From contig CAZUFC010000186.1 of assembly GCA_964619725.1 (NCBI GenBank), positions 1 to 12,949 on the forward strand: 12,949 nucleotides of DNA, read 5' to 3'. Below, one piece after another: positions 1 through 7,495 of this stretch. Position 1 is the stretch's first letter. Every line of letters begins with the position of its first letter. Made by a program: the position numbers and the translations under genes. The notes under the pieces are model-generated. The model ran no database searches, was not told where the DNA came from, and was given only the letters and a program-made list of their open reading frames with translations. This stretch comes from an uncultured bacterium. GTDB lineage: Bacteria; CSSED10-310; CAZUFC01.

Positions 1-49
1 TTTAAAAGACTTTCTTTGCAATCCGACTCACTCTCGACCAAATCGAATA

Positions 50-78
50 TTGACTTTAATGACCTGTTGTGCTAAAGC
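50..78 (+). promoter_or_regulatory. Possible sigma70 promoter for the NTPase-oxidoreductase operon
   Basis: TTGACT (50-55), a 17-nt spacer, then TAAAGC (73-78) preceded by TG as in an extended -10. The -10 match is weak (3/6). Confidence 0.3.
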
Positions 79-269
79 TCAATCGGGAATCTTTCCCAAA
101 TAAGATTTCGTGAAAGGTGAAACGGGGGAATTGATTCGGTTGTTTGAAATTTACTTTTTTTATATAAAGTTATACGGCTTATCCTCGTTTTTTTCTTAAT
201 GCGGGGAATGTTTTGGAGTAAAATTGAATAATGAAAGGCGGGGGAAAATTTAATTCAGGTGAAGAAGAA

Positions 270-995
270 ATGCGTTTCGATAAAAATTTAGAGACGTTTT
301 TGAAAGAATCGGGAGGAAAGGTCATTGCTGTAGTAGGCGGTTTCGGCAGCGGCAAGACGGAGATATCGTTGAATCTGGTAATGGGATTACGTGAATATCA
401 TCGTGATGTGACGATAGTGGACCTGGACATAGTGAACCCGTATTTTCGCTGTCGAGAGGCTCGAGATTTGGTGCGTTCCAGGAGCATTTCATTTATCCTG
501 CCGCCTGAGGAGCAAATGGAGGCGGATATACCTATTATTGTGCCGGAGATACGTGCGACGCTGCAGTCGCCGAAGGGGGCCGTCGTGTTGGACGTCGGCG
601 GTGATGATATCGGTTCGAGGGTTTTGGGTTCTTTCAAGGGATTGATAGATGAGGACAATTTTGAGATGTGGAACGTGGTTAACGTCAATCGTCCGTTCAC
701 CAGCGATGTTGAAGGCGGCATCAGAATCTTGAAAGAAATCGAGTTATCTTCGAGAATGAAGGTTACGGGATTGGTGTCGAATGCTCATTTAATGGAATAC
801 ACGACAGTTTCGACGATTTATGAGGGATACGAGGTAGTGAAGGAAATGGGCGAGAAGCTGTCATTGCCGGTCCGGTTTGTCGGAGCGGAGACGGGAATGT
901 TGTCCGAGGCGGAGAGGGAGCGATTTGAATGTCCCGTATTTCCCATGAAGCGGTATCTGAAGTTTCCCTGGGAATCCCGGATTGGTAAGGATTGA
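270..995 (+). CDS. P-loop NTPase (SIMIBI/MinD-ParA-like ATP-binding protein) of unknown function, associated with 2-oxoacid oxidoreductase operons
   Basis: Walker A GGFGSGKTE, IVDLDIVNPYFR and Walker B-like VLDVGGD. Start placed at ATG 270, after AGGTGA (257-262); ATG 231 is an alternative. Confidence 0.8.
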   Translation: MRFDKNLETFLKESGGKVIAVVGGFGSGKTEISLNLVMGLREYHRDVTIVDLDIVNPYFRCREARDLVRSRSISFILPPEEQMEADIPIIVPEIRATLQSPKGAVVLDVGGDDIGSRVLGSFKGLIDEDNFEMWNVVNVNRPFTSDVEGGIRILKEIELSSRMKVTGLVSNAHLMEYTTVSTIYEGYEVVKEMGEKLSLPVRFVGAETGMLSEAERERFECPVFPMKRYLKFPWESRIGKD

Positions 996-1011
996 TGAAA
1001 GGAGAGTCTTT

Positions 1012-1245
1012 ATGCCGAAAGTGGTAATCGACAAGGAAAGATGTAAAGGTTGTGAGTTATGTGTAACTGCATGTCCAAAAAACATTTTGGCGATGTCTGA
1101 GGATTTAAATGAGAAGGGTTACTTTTATGCGAAGGTAATCGATCAACCCGCGTGCATTTTATGTCATTTCTGTGCGATAAGTTGTCCTGATACGGCGATA
1201 GAGGTATTCGACGAGAAGGCGGAAGCGGAACCAGTGAAAAAATGA
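1012..1245 (+). CDS. 2[4Fe-4S] ferredoxin-type delta subunit of 2-oxoacid:ferredoxin oxidoreductase
   Basis: Two CxxCxxCxxxCP motifs (CKGCELCVTACP, CILCHFCAISCP). SD AAGGAG (999-1004) lies before ATG 1012, and the gene sits upstream of the alpha subunit. Confidence 0.93.
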   Translation: MPKVVIDKERCKGCELCVTACPKNILAMSEDLNEKGYFYAKVIDQPACILCHFCAISCPDTAIEVFDEKAEAEPVKK

Positions 1246-1345
1246 AGCGCCGGAATGAGTAGAGATGCATTGAGAAGAGTATGGAAAGATACAATTGAGA
1301 CAGGAATTTTTTGGATAATGCTTACAAAAACAAAGGACGGTCATT

Positions 1346-2428
1346 ATGGCGAGAATATTGATGAAAGGGTGTGAAGCTCTGGGCGAAGCTGCCATAAGAG
1401 CGGGCTGCCTGCATTTTTTCGGGTATCCGATCACGCCCCAGACAGAGGTGCCCGAATATTTATCCCGGCGGTTGCCTGAGATAGACGGAGTGTTCGTTCA
1501 GGCGGAAAGCGAGGTAGCGGCGATCAACATGCTTTACGGCGCTTCTGGAGCGGGGATAAGAGTTTTTACGTCATCTTCGAGCCCCGGCATAAGTTTGATG
1601 TCAGAGGGGCTTTCCTATATTGCGGCATCGGAGTTACCGGTAGTCGTTATCAACATAGTTCGTTGCGGTCCTGGGTTAGGCGGAATACTTCCTTCGCAGG
1701 GCGATTATTTTCAAGCCACGAAAGGGGGCGGTCACGGAGATTACAAGATACTCGTTCTGGCGCCTTCCAGCGTTCAGGAGGCGGCAGACCTCATGATGCT
1801 GGCTTTCGATCTGGCCGACAAGTATCGCAATCCGGTTATGGTTATGGGCGACGGCAACATCGGACAGATGATGGAGCCGGTCGAGTTCAAGGAGCCGCCC
1901 AGGATGGATTTGCCTCCCAAGACCTGGGCCACCACGGGAGCGAAAAACAGAAAACCCAATATCATCAATTCATTGTATCTCGATGCCGAAAAACTGGAAA
2001 AACTGAACATCAGGCTAAAGGAAAAATACGACCGGATGGAAAAGGAAGAAATAAGATATGAGGAATTCAATTGCGATTCAGATTATAAACTTCTGGTCGT
2101 GGCATACGGAACTCTGGCCCGCATTTGTAAAACGACTATACAGATGTTGAAGCAAGAAGGAATCGAAGTCGGATTGCTGCGTCCGGTTTCTCTGTTTCCT
2201 TTTCCTCACGAAAGAATCCATGAACTGGCTCAGAAGGTCGCCAAGGTCCTATGCATAGAACTTTCCATGGGACAGATGATAGAGGATGTTCGCACGGCGT
2301 TGAAAGCCACGCGTCCCGTTGAGTTTTACGGTCGCACAGGCGGTATTGTTCCTCCTCCTGAGGAAATAGCGGACGTCATTCGCAAGAAGGTCAAGGAGAT
2401 GGAATCGTCAGCGGGAGGTGCATCATGA
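1346..2428 (+). CDS. vorB: 2-oxoacid:ferredoxin oxidoreductase alpha subunit (ketoisovalerate/3-methyl-2-oxobutanoate type, VorB-like)
   Basis: GYPITPQTE, QAESEVAA, TSSSSPGISLMSE, RCGPGLGGI and KGGGHGDY motifs, plus a C-terminal VGLLRP..LFPFP / ELSMGQM domain. AAGGA SD upstream. Substrate specificity is not provable from sequence. Confidence 0.92.
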   Translation: MARILMKGCEALGEAAIRAGCLHFFGYPITPQTEVPEYLSRRLPEIDGVFVQAESEVAAINMLYGASGAGIRVFTSSSSPGISLMSEGLSYIAASELPVVVINIVRCGPGLGGILPSQGDYFQATKGGGHGDYKILVLAPSSVQEAADLMMLAFDLADKYRNPVMVMGDGNIGQMMEPVEFKEPPRMDLPPKTWATTGAKNRKPNIINSLYLDAEKLEKLNIRLKEKYDRMEKEEIRYEEFNCDSDYKLLVVAYGTLARICKTTIQMLKQEGIEVGLLRPVSLFPFPHERIHELAQKVAKVLCIELSMGQMIEDVRTALKATRPVEFYGRTGGIVPPPEEIADVIRKKVKEMESSAGGAS

Positions 2429-3198
2429 AGAAAGACAGAAATTTCAGAAGAACGAAAGGATTGACCGAGAGCTACACGCATTATTGTCCGGGATGCACTC
2501 ACGGCATAATTCACCGCATAGTAGGCGAATCTCTCGAAGAATTGAACGTTCTGGAAAGCGCTGTAGGAGTCGCGCCTGTAGGATGTTCCGTGCTGGCTTA
2601 CAATTATTTCAACTGCGATATGCATGAAGCGGCACACGGAAGAGCCCCTGCAGTTGCAACAGGGATAAAACGGGCCCGACCTGAGATGACGGTATTCACT
2701 TACCAGGGCGACGGCGACCTGGCTTCCATCGGCACTGCCGAAATAGTGCATGCCGCAAACCGGGGAGAAAAATTTACGGTCATCTTCGTCAATAATGCAG
2801 TTTACGGTATGACCGGCGGACAAATGGCCCCGACTACTCTGCCGCAGCAAGTCACCACGACATCTCCTTATGGTCGCGACGTCGACAGCGCGGGATTCCC
2901 TATAAGGATAGCGGAACTTCTGGCGACCCTGGTAACGCCCGGATACATCGCTCGCGCTGCGGTCAATAATCCCAAAAATATCCGGAAAACCAAAAAATTC
3001 ATCAAAAAAGCATTCGAATATCAGGTCAACAACACTTGTTTTTCTTTGGTCGAGGTCCTTTCCACATGCCCGACGAACTGGGGGATGAAACCTCTTGAAG
3101 CGACAAAGTGGCTCGAAGACAATATGATTCCTTATTATCCTTTGGGTGAAAAAAAGGTCCCGCAAACAGGAGAGGGGGAAAACGGCAATGCAAACTGA
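2425..3198 (+). CDS. 2-oxoacid:ferredoxin oxidoreductase beta (TPP- and 4Fe-4S-binding) subunit
   Basis: YCPGCTHG, VGCS, TPP motif YQGDGD...VNNAVYGMTGGQ and LSTCPTNW. ATGA overlap with the alpha stop, and GGAGGT SD. Confidence 0.93.
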   Translation: MKKDRNFRRTKGLTESYTHYCPGCTHGIIHRIVGESLEELNVLESAVGVAPVGCSVLAYNYFNCDMHEAAHGRAPAVATGIKRARPEMTVFTYQGDGDLASIGTAEIVHAANRGEKFTVIFVNNAVYGMTGGQMAPTTLPQQVTTTSPYGRDVDSAGFPIRIAELLATLVTPGYIARAAVNNPKNIRKTKKFIKKAFEYQVNNTCFSLVEVLSTCPTNWGMKPLEATKWLEDNMIPYYPLGEKKVPQTGEGENGNAN

Positions 3199-3730
3199 CG
3201 TTATTATGGCTGGATTCGGCGGTCAGGGTCTCATGCTGATCGGACAATTACTCGCTTATTCCGCACTCAAAGAAGGCAAAGAAACTTCCTGGCTCCCGTC
3301 TTACGGTCCTGAAATGCGAGGAGGAACAGCCAATTGCACGGTCGTCGTTTCGGATAAAATGATCGGCTCTCCCGTAGTTTATTCGCCTACGGATATTATC
3401 GTTATGAACAAACCGTCGCTCGAAAGATTCGGCAAAATGGTCAAAAAAAATGGACATATCCTCATCAACAGCTCTCTGATTGATATAGTCTCCGGCAGAG
3501 ACGACGTAGATGAATATCGCATACCCGCTACGCAAAGCGCCATTGATATGGGCAACGCCAAAGTCGCCAACGTCTTCCTCCTGGGCAGCTACATCGCTAT
3601 TACCGAAATCGTCGAAATCGATACTGTAAAATCCATGATTCAGGAGAAACTTAAACACAAAGGCAAAATGGTGGACCTTAACCTGAAGACGTTGCAGAAA
3701 GGATACGATTTTATAAAAGCCGGTCATTGA
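3188..3730 (+). CDS. 2-oxoacid:ferredoxin oxidoreductase gamma subunit
   Basis: AGFGGQG, PSYGPEMRGGTANC and ANVFLLG motifs. ATG 3188 follows a purine-rich SD (GGAGAGGGGG) and overlaps the end of the beta gene. Confidence 0.92.
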   Translation: MQTDVIMAGFGGQGLMLIGQLLAYSALKEGKETSWLPSYGPEMRGGTANCTVVVSDKMIGSPVVYSPTDIIVMNKPSLERFGKMVKKNGHILINSSLIDIVSGRDDVDEYRIPATQSAIDMGNAKVANVFLLGSYIAITEIVEIDTVKSMIQEKLKHKGKMVDLNLKTLQKGYDFIKAGH

Positions 3731-3804
3731 TGCGGCGGCGACGTAATGCATTGAAATTTGAATCTGGTCCCGGGTTTATGGACAGGCGTGCGTTGCTTTG
3801 ACCC

Positions 3805-4806
3805 TCAAAGATTCCCGTTAATCTTTAACTCTTCCGGGGTAATAAGACTTGCACCTGGTTTACTTCGCAGAACCATGGCGGTTTTTACTGCGAAGGCATG
3901 AATCATTTCTGCATTCATTTTACCTCCGACAGCACACGTTGTTGCTGCGCACATGCCGTCCAATACCCCGGTGATGTCCGCGAATCGACGGCGCTCCTGA
4001 AAAATGTACTGTCTCTCCTCCGTTTGGAATAGTATCTCTATTCCTTCCGATAACGATTCACGGTAAATCAGTATGTCGGATTGACCGAATTCCTGCTGAA
4101 GCATTCGGCCCAGCTTTCTCATCTCCTTTTCGGCTGTTTTTTTCGAGAAATAAAGAAAATCCTGGGCCTCTTTATGAGTCAGAATAATCAGGTCCACGTT
4201 GATGAACCGGTTGAAATGAATGGGGATGGACTTGACGATGAGGGGTATTTTTCTCTTTCTCAATTTATCCGTCAAAACGCCGCAGAAATTACTGTCGGAA
4301 AACACGCCCTTGCCGCAGTCATAAATGAAAACGGCATCTATTTCACTCAGGTATGATTCCACATATTTCAACATGCCCGCCTGTTCATTCTCGGAAGCCG
4401 GGTGATTGGATTCATAGTCGTAACGGCATACCAGGTAATTGTCTATAGCTGACATCACGCGTATTTTTTGTGTAGTCGGTCTGGATTCAGAAGGAAAAAC
4501 CCCGCCTGTATTAATGCCTGTGGAATGCAACATTTTTCGAAAATTAAACGCGGCATCGTCGAATCCCACCAAACCGCATAAATAAGTTCTGGCTCCCAGC
4601 GATACGGATATCTGAGCCACATTGGCGGCCCCGCCTGGCTCGTAATCTTCTGAAGTCACTTTTAAAACAGGAACCGGAGCTTCGTGAGACAATCGGATAG
4701 TCTCTCCCCAAACGTATTTGTCGACCATAAGGTCGCCGATCATCATTAACCGTAAATCTTTGAACTCTTCAACCGTATGTCGGTCTCCTTCTCCCTTTTC
4801 ATTCAT
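3805..4806 (-). CDS. HldA/RfaE domain I-like (D-glycero-D-manno-heptose-7-phosphate kinase, PfkB family) homologue with divergent ATP-binding motifs
   Basis: IGDLMVDKYVWG, RLSHEAPVPV, PGGAANVA, GLVGFD and TTQKIRV match HldE kinase domains. The C-terminal motif reads DITGVLDG instead of DVTGAGDT. Start placed at ATG 4806, 6 nt after GAGGG; ATG 4812 is an alternative. Confidence 0.82.
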   Translation of the reverse strand: MNEKGEGDRHTVEEFKDLRLMMIGDLMVDKYVWGETIRLSHEAPVPVLKVTSEDYEPGGAANVAQISVSLGARTYLCGLVGFDDAAFNFRKMLHSTGINTGGVFPSESRPTTQKIRVMSAIDNYLVCRYDYESNHPASENEQAGMLKYVESYLSEIDAVFIYDCGKGVFSDSNFCGVLTDKLRKRKIPLIVKSIPIHFNRFINVDLIILTHKEAQDFLYFSKKTAEKEMRKLGRMLQQEFGQSDILIYRESLSEGIEILFQTEERQYIFQERRRFADITGVLDGMCAATTCAVGGKMNAEMIHAFAVKTAMVLRSKPGASLITPEELKINGNL

Positions 4807-4831
4807 CGGCATCCCTCACTTTGCGGGGCCA

Positions 4832-4860
4832 AGTATGAGCTGCGAAACGCTTTTTGTCAA
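4832..4860 (-). promoter_or_regulatory. sigma70 promoter for the HldA-like gene
   Basis: The minus strand reads TTGACA (4860-4855), 17 nt, CATACT (4837-4832), about 25 nt upstream of the start codon. Confidence 0.7.
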
Positions 4861-4996
4861 CAGCATTATGATACGGAAAGGGGCTGTCGAGTTCTTGTCC
4901 AGAAACCGCAGGCAACGTCTGTCCGACAGTAAAACTTGAATCGTGAACCGAGTCGCTGTCATAAGTTATATCCCGATGCCGACCCTGTTTGCCGTC

Positions 4997-5026
4997 TTGA
5001 CATAAATTGCGAAGGCTTTCTATAAT
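4997..5026 (+). promoter_or_regulatory. Consensus sigma70 promoter for the PBP1A gene
   Basis: Perfect TTGACA (4997-5002), 18-nt spacer, perfect TATAAT (5021-5026). Followed by SD AAAGGA (5043-5048) and TTG start at 5056. Confidence 0.85.
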
Positions 5027-5055
5027 ATTTTGGGTTTCAATGAAAGGACCTCAGT

Positions 5056-7482
5056 TTGAAAAAGTTCGTAAAAATAACCATTTCAGTCTTACTTCTTGTC
5101 GCTCTCGGCACGGCTGCCGCATTAGGATATTTCGAATACCGGCGCTATCTCAGCGAGCTTCCGGAAATTGACGGCATCGCGGATTTTTCTCCATCTGTCA
5201 TATCTACCGTCTATTCGAGCGACGGAGAAATTATCGGCGAATTCGGGATTCAAAAGCGAAGACCCGCCAAACTGGTAGAAATACCGAAACTGATGAAAGA
5301 AGCGGTATTGGCGGTTGAAGACACTGATTTTTATTACCATCGCGGCGTCAACGTGAAAGGTATGCTCCGCGCCTTCCTGGAAAACATTAAAGAAGGGCGG
5401 ATCGTACAGGGAGGAAGCACTATCACCCAGCAATTGGCGCGGGATTTGTACTTAACCAAGGAGCAAAGTTGGTCCAGAAAAATAAAAGAAGCTTTTCTGG
5501 CGCTGGAAATCGAAAGAAGACTGTTGAAAGACCAGATACTGGAGATGTATCTCAATCAAATCTATTTCGGAAAAGGAGCTTACGGAGTCAAAGAAGCGGC
5601 TCATCAATACTTCAGCAAGTCTCTGGATGAATTGTCGCTGGGAGAATGCGCTCTTCTGGCCGGCGTACCCAAATCTCCCTCGCATTTTGCTCCGCATCTT
5701 AATCTGGAAGGCGCCCTGAAGAGACGCAGAACAGTCCTTGACAGAATGGTCGAGGCGGGATTCATATCGGAAAATCAGGCCCGGAATGCAGCGGAAGAAA
5801 AAATTACGCTTGACGAACCTGAGAATCCTAACAAAAAGAAAGCCCCCTACTTTCTGGAATACATTCGCCAGAAGCTCGAACAATCCTACGGGACTCACGC
5901 TGTTCATCATGAGGGACTACAGGTTTACACCACCCTTGATTATAAACTTCAAAAAGCGGCGGAAGAAGCCGTAAGATGGAACCTGCTGGAAATAACGAAA
6001 CGAAGGGGACTCAGAAAACTGAAACTGGAGGAAAAACCTGTCGAAGAATTACCTGATGACGTCGCAGCAGGAACGATATTGACTGGAAGAGCGGAACAAA
6101 TCGGCCAGGAGGACATTAAAGTCACCTTTGCCGGCGAAACGATAACGGTTAATCCCGAAGAAGAAGGCTGGACTTTTTCCGGAAAACTTTCAGATTATTA
6201 TGCTGAGGGCGACCCGATACAAATTCAGGTCCTTGAAATCGTTCAAAATGACGATGATGAAGAAAAAATTGCTTTCAATTGCCGGCTTTACCAGGAACCG
6301 GAAATTGAGGGCGCCCTGCTGTCGATGGAAGTCGGAACGGGAGAAATCAAGGCATGGGTCGGCGGTTATGATTTCGAAAAGAGCAAATTCGACAAGGTCT
6401 ATCAGGCCAGACGACAACCCGGCTCAGCCTTCAAACCTTTTATCTATGCAGCGGCCCTGGATACGCAATTCACCGCCGCTGACATTATTTACGATTCTCC
6501 CATCGTCGAAGAAATGGTGAAAGAAGAAGAGGAATCTGCCGATAAATTAAAGGAAATTTTGAATCAGGAAGAGGGCGAGGAGATCATCGTTGAAGAGGAA
6601 GAACCCGAATACTGGAAACCCGTCAATTATTCGGAAAAATTTCATGGAGCGACTACCATCCGCACAGGATTGGAAAAATCCAGGAACCTGGTTACCATTA
6701 AACTGCTTGCTAAAACGGGAGTCAGAACAGCCATTCGATACGCCAGGAGATGCGGAATCAAAAGTCCTCTCGATCAGGATTTGTCGCTTGCTTTGGGTTC
6801 ATCCGGGGTTTCTCTTATCGAACTTACTTCAGCTTACGGCGTATTCGCGGACCAGGGGTGCTGGACAGCGCCCATGGCGATCAAAAAAATCATCGACAGA
6901 AACGGAAGAATACTGGAAGAAAAGCTGCCCGTCAGCCGCAAGGCCATGGACCCGGCAGTTTCAGGACTGGTTAGCCTGCTCCTTCAGGGCGTGGTCGAAA
7001 ACGGGACCGGCTGGCGAGCCAAGATGATCGGAAGACCATCCGGCGGAAAAACCGGAACCACCAACGAATATCACGACGCCTGGTACATGGGCTTCATCCC
7101 GCAATTAGTCACCGGCGTCTGGGTCGGATTCAACGAATTAAAGAAAATAGGACCTCATGAAACCGGCTCTAAAGCCGCATCCCCCGCCTGGGTCAGATAT
7201 ATGAAAACAGCGGTTCAGGACCTGCCCGTTGAGGAATTCCCCACGCCGGAAGGACTGGTCTTCGCTGCTATCGATTCAGAAACTGGCCTTCTGGCGGGCG
7301 ACGATTCCGATAAAGTCATTATGGAAGCTTTCCTCAAAGGAACAGAACCGACCCGAATAGCCGGTTATCGTAAAATCCGCGAAGAAGACTTCTTCTCTAT
7401 CGATTCCAACTGGGAGCAGATTGCCGAAGACACTGAACAGGAAAAAAAGCGGGAACAGAAAAGAACTTACTCCTCAGACTGA
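5056..7482 (+). CDS. mrcA: Class A penicillin-binding protein (PBP1A family; transglycosylase-transpeptidase)
   Basis: N-terminal TM anchor. GT51 motifs EDTDFYYHRG, GGSTITQQL, RKIKE and EMYLNQIYFG. A beta-rich (OB-like) insert precedes the TP domain. TP motifs SAFK, SRN and KTG. Confidence 0.95.
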   Translation: MKKFVKITISVLLLVALGTAAALGYFEYRRYLSELPEIDGIADFSPSVISTVYSSDGEIIGEFGIQKRRPAKLVEIPKLMKEAVLAVEDTDFYYHRGVNVKGMLRAFLENIKEGRIVQGGSTITQQLARDLYLTKEQSWSRKIKEAFLALEIERRLLKDQILEMYLNQIYFGKGAYGVKEAAHQYFSKSLDELSLGECALLAGVPKSPSHFAPHLNLEGALKRRRTVLDRMVEAGFISENQARNAAEEKITLDEPENPNKKKAPYFLEYIRQKLEQSYGTHAVHHEGLQVYTTLDYKLQKAAEEAVRWNLLEITKRRGLRKLKLEEKPVEELPDDVAAGTILTGRAEQIGQEDIKVTFAGETITVNPEEEGWTFSGKLSDYYAEGDPIQIQVLEIVQNDDDEEKIAFNCRLYQEPEIEGALLSMEVGTGEIKAWVGGYDFEKSKFDKVYQARRQPGSAFKPFIYAAALDTQFTAADIIYDSPIVEEMVKEEEESADKLKEILNQEEGEEIIVEEEEPEYWKPVNYSEKFHGATTIRTGLEKSRNLVTIKLLAKTGVRTAIRYARRCGIKSPLDQDLSLALGSSGVSLIELTSAYGVFADQGCWTAPMAIKKIIDRNGRILEEKLPVSRKAMDPAVSGLVSLLLQGVVENGTGWRAKMIGRPSGGKTGTTNEYHDAWYMGFIPQLVTGVWVGFNELKKIGPHETGSKAASPAWVRYMKTAVQDLPVEEFPTPEGLVFAAIDSETGLLAGDDSDKVIMEAFLKGTEPTRIAGYRKIREEDFFSIDSNWEQIAEDTEQEKKREQKRTYSSD

Positions 7483-7495
7483 TCCAGGTTCTCTG

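Noticed and set aside
60-230. Possible riboswitch (e.g. TPP) in the leader of the oxidoreductase operon; small hairpins GGGAA/TTCCC (85-97) and TCCTCG/CGGGGA (182-207)
   Set aside because: No conserved riboswitch core such as TPP CUGAGA is visible, and the stems are short enough to arise by chance.
1246-1345. Internal promoter or operator in the 100-nt gap between delta and alpha (TTGAGA/TACAAT, TTGAGA/GATAAT; imperfect TTTTTG...CAAAAA repeat)
   Set aside because: The spacers are 14 and 13 nt, too short for sigma70, and the inverted repeat is imperfect and low-complexity.
2326-3165. 279-aa minus-strand ORF
   Set aside because: Antisense shadow of the well-supported beta subunit, with no recognisable motifs.
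3248-3751. 167-aa minus-strand ORF, plus the other short ORFs nested in the oxidoreductase, PBP1A and FadL genes
   Set aside because: They overlap confidently assigned genes and have no family signature.
3731-3804. Expected terminator between the convergent gamma-subunit and kinase genes (likewise at 7483-7495)
   Set aside because: No GC-rich stem with a U-tract on either strand; the second gap is only 13 nt.
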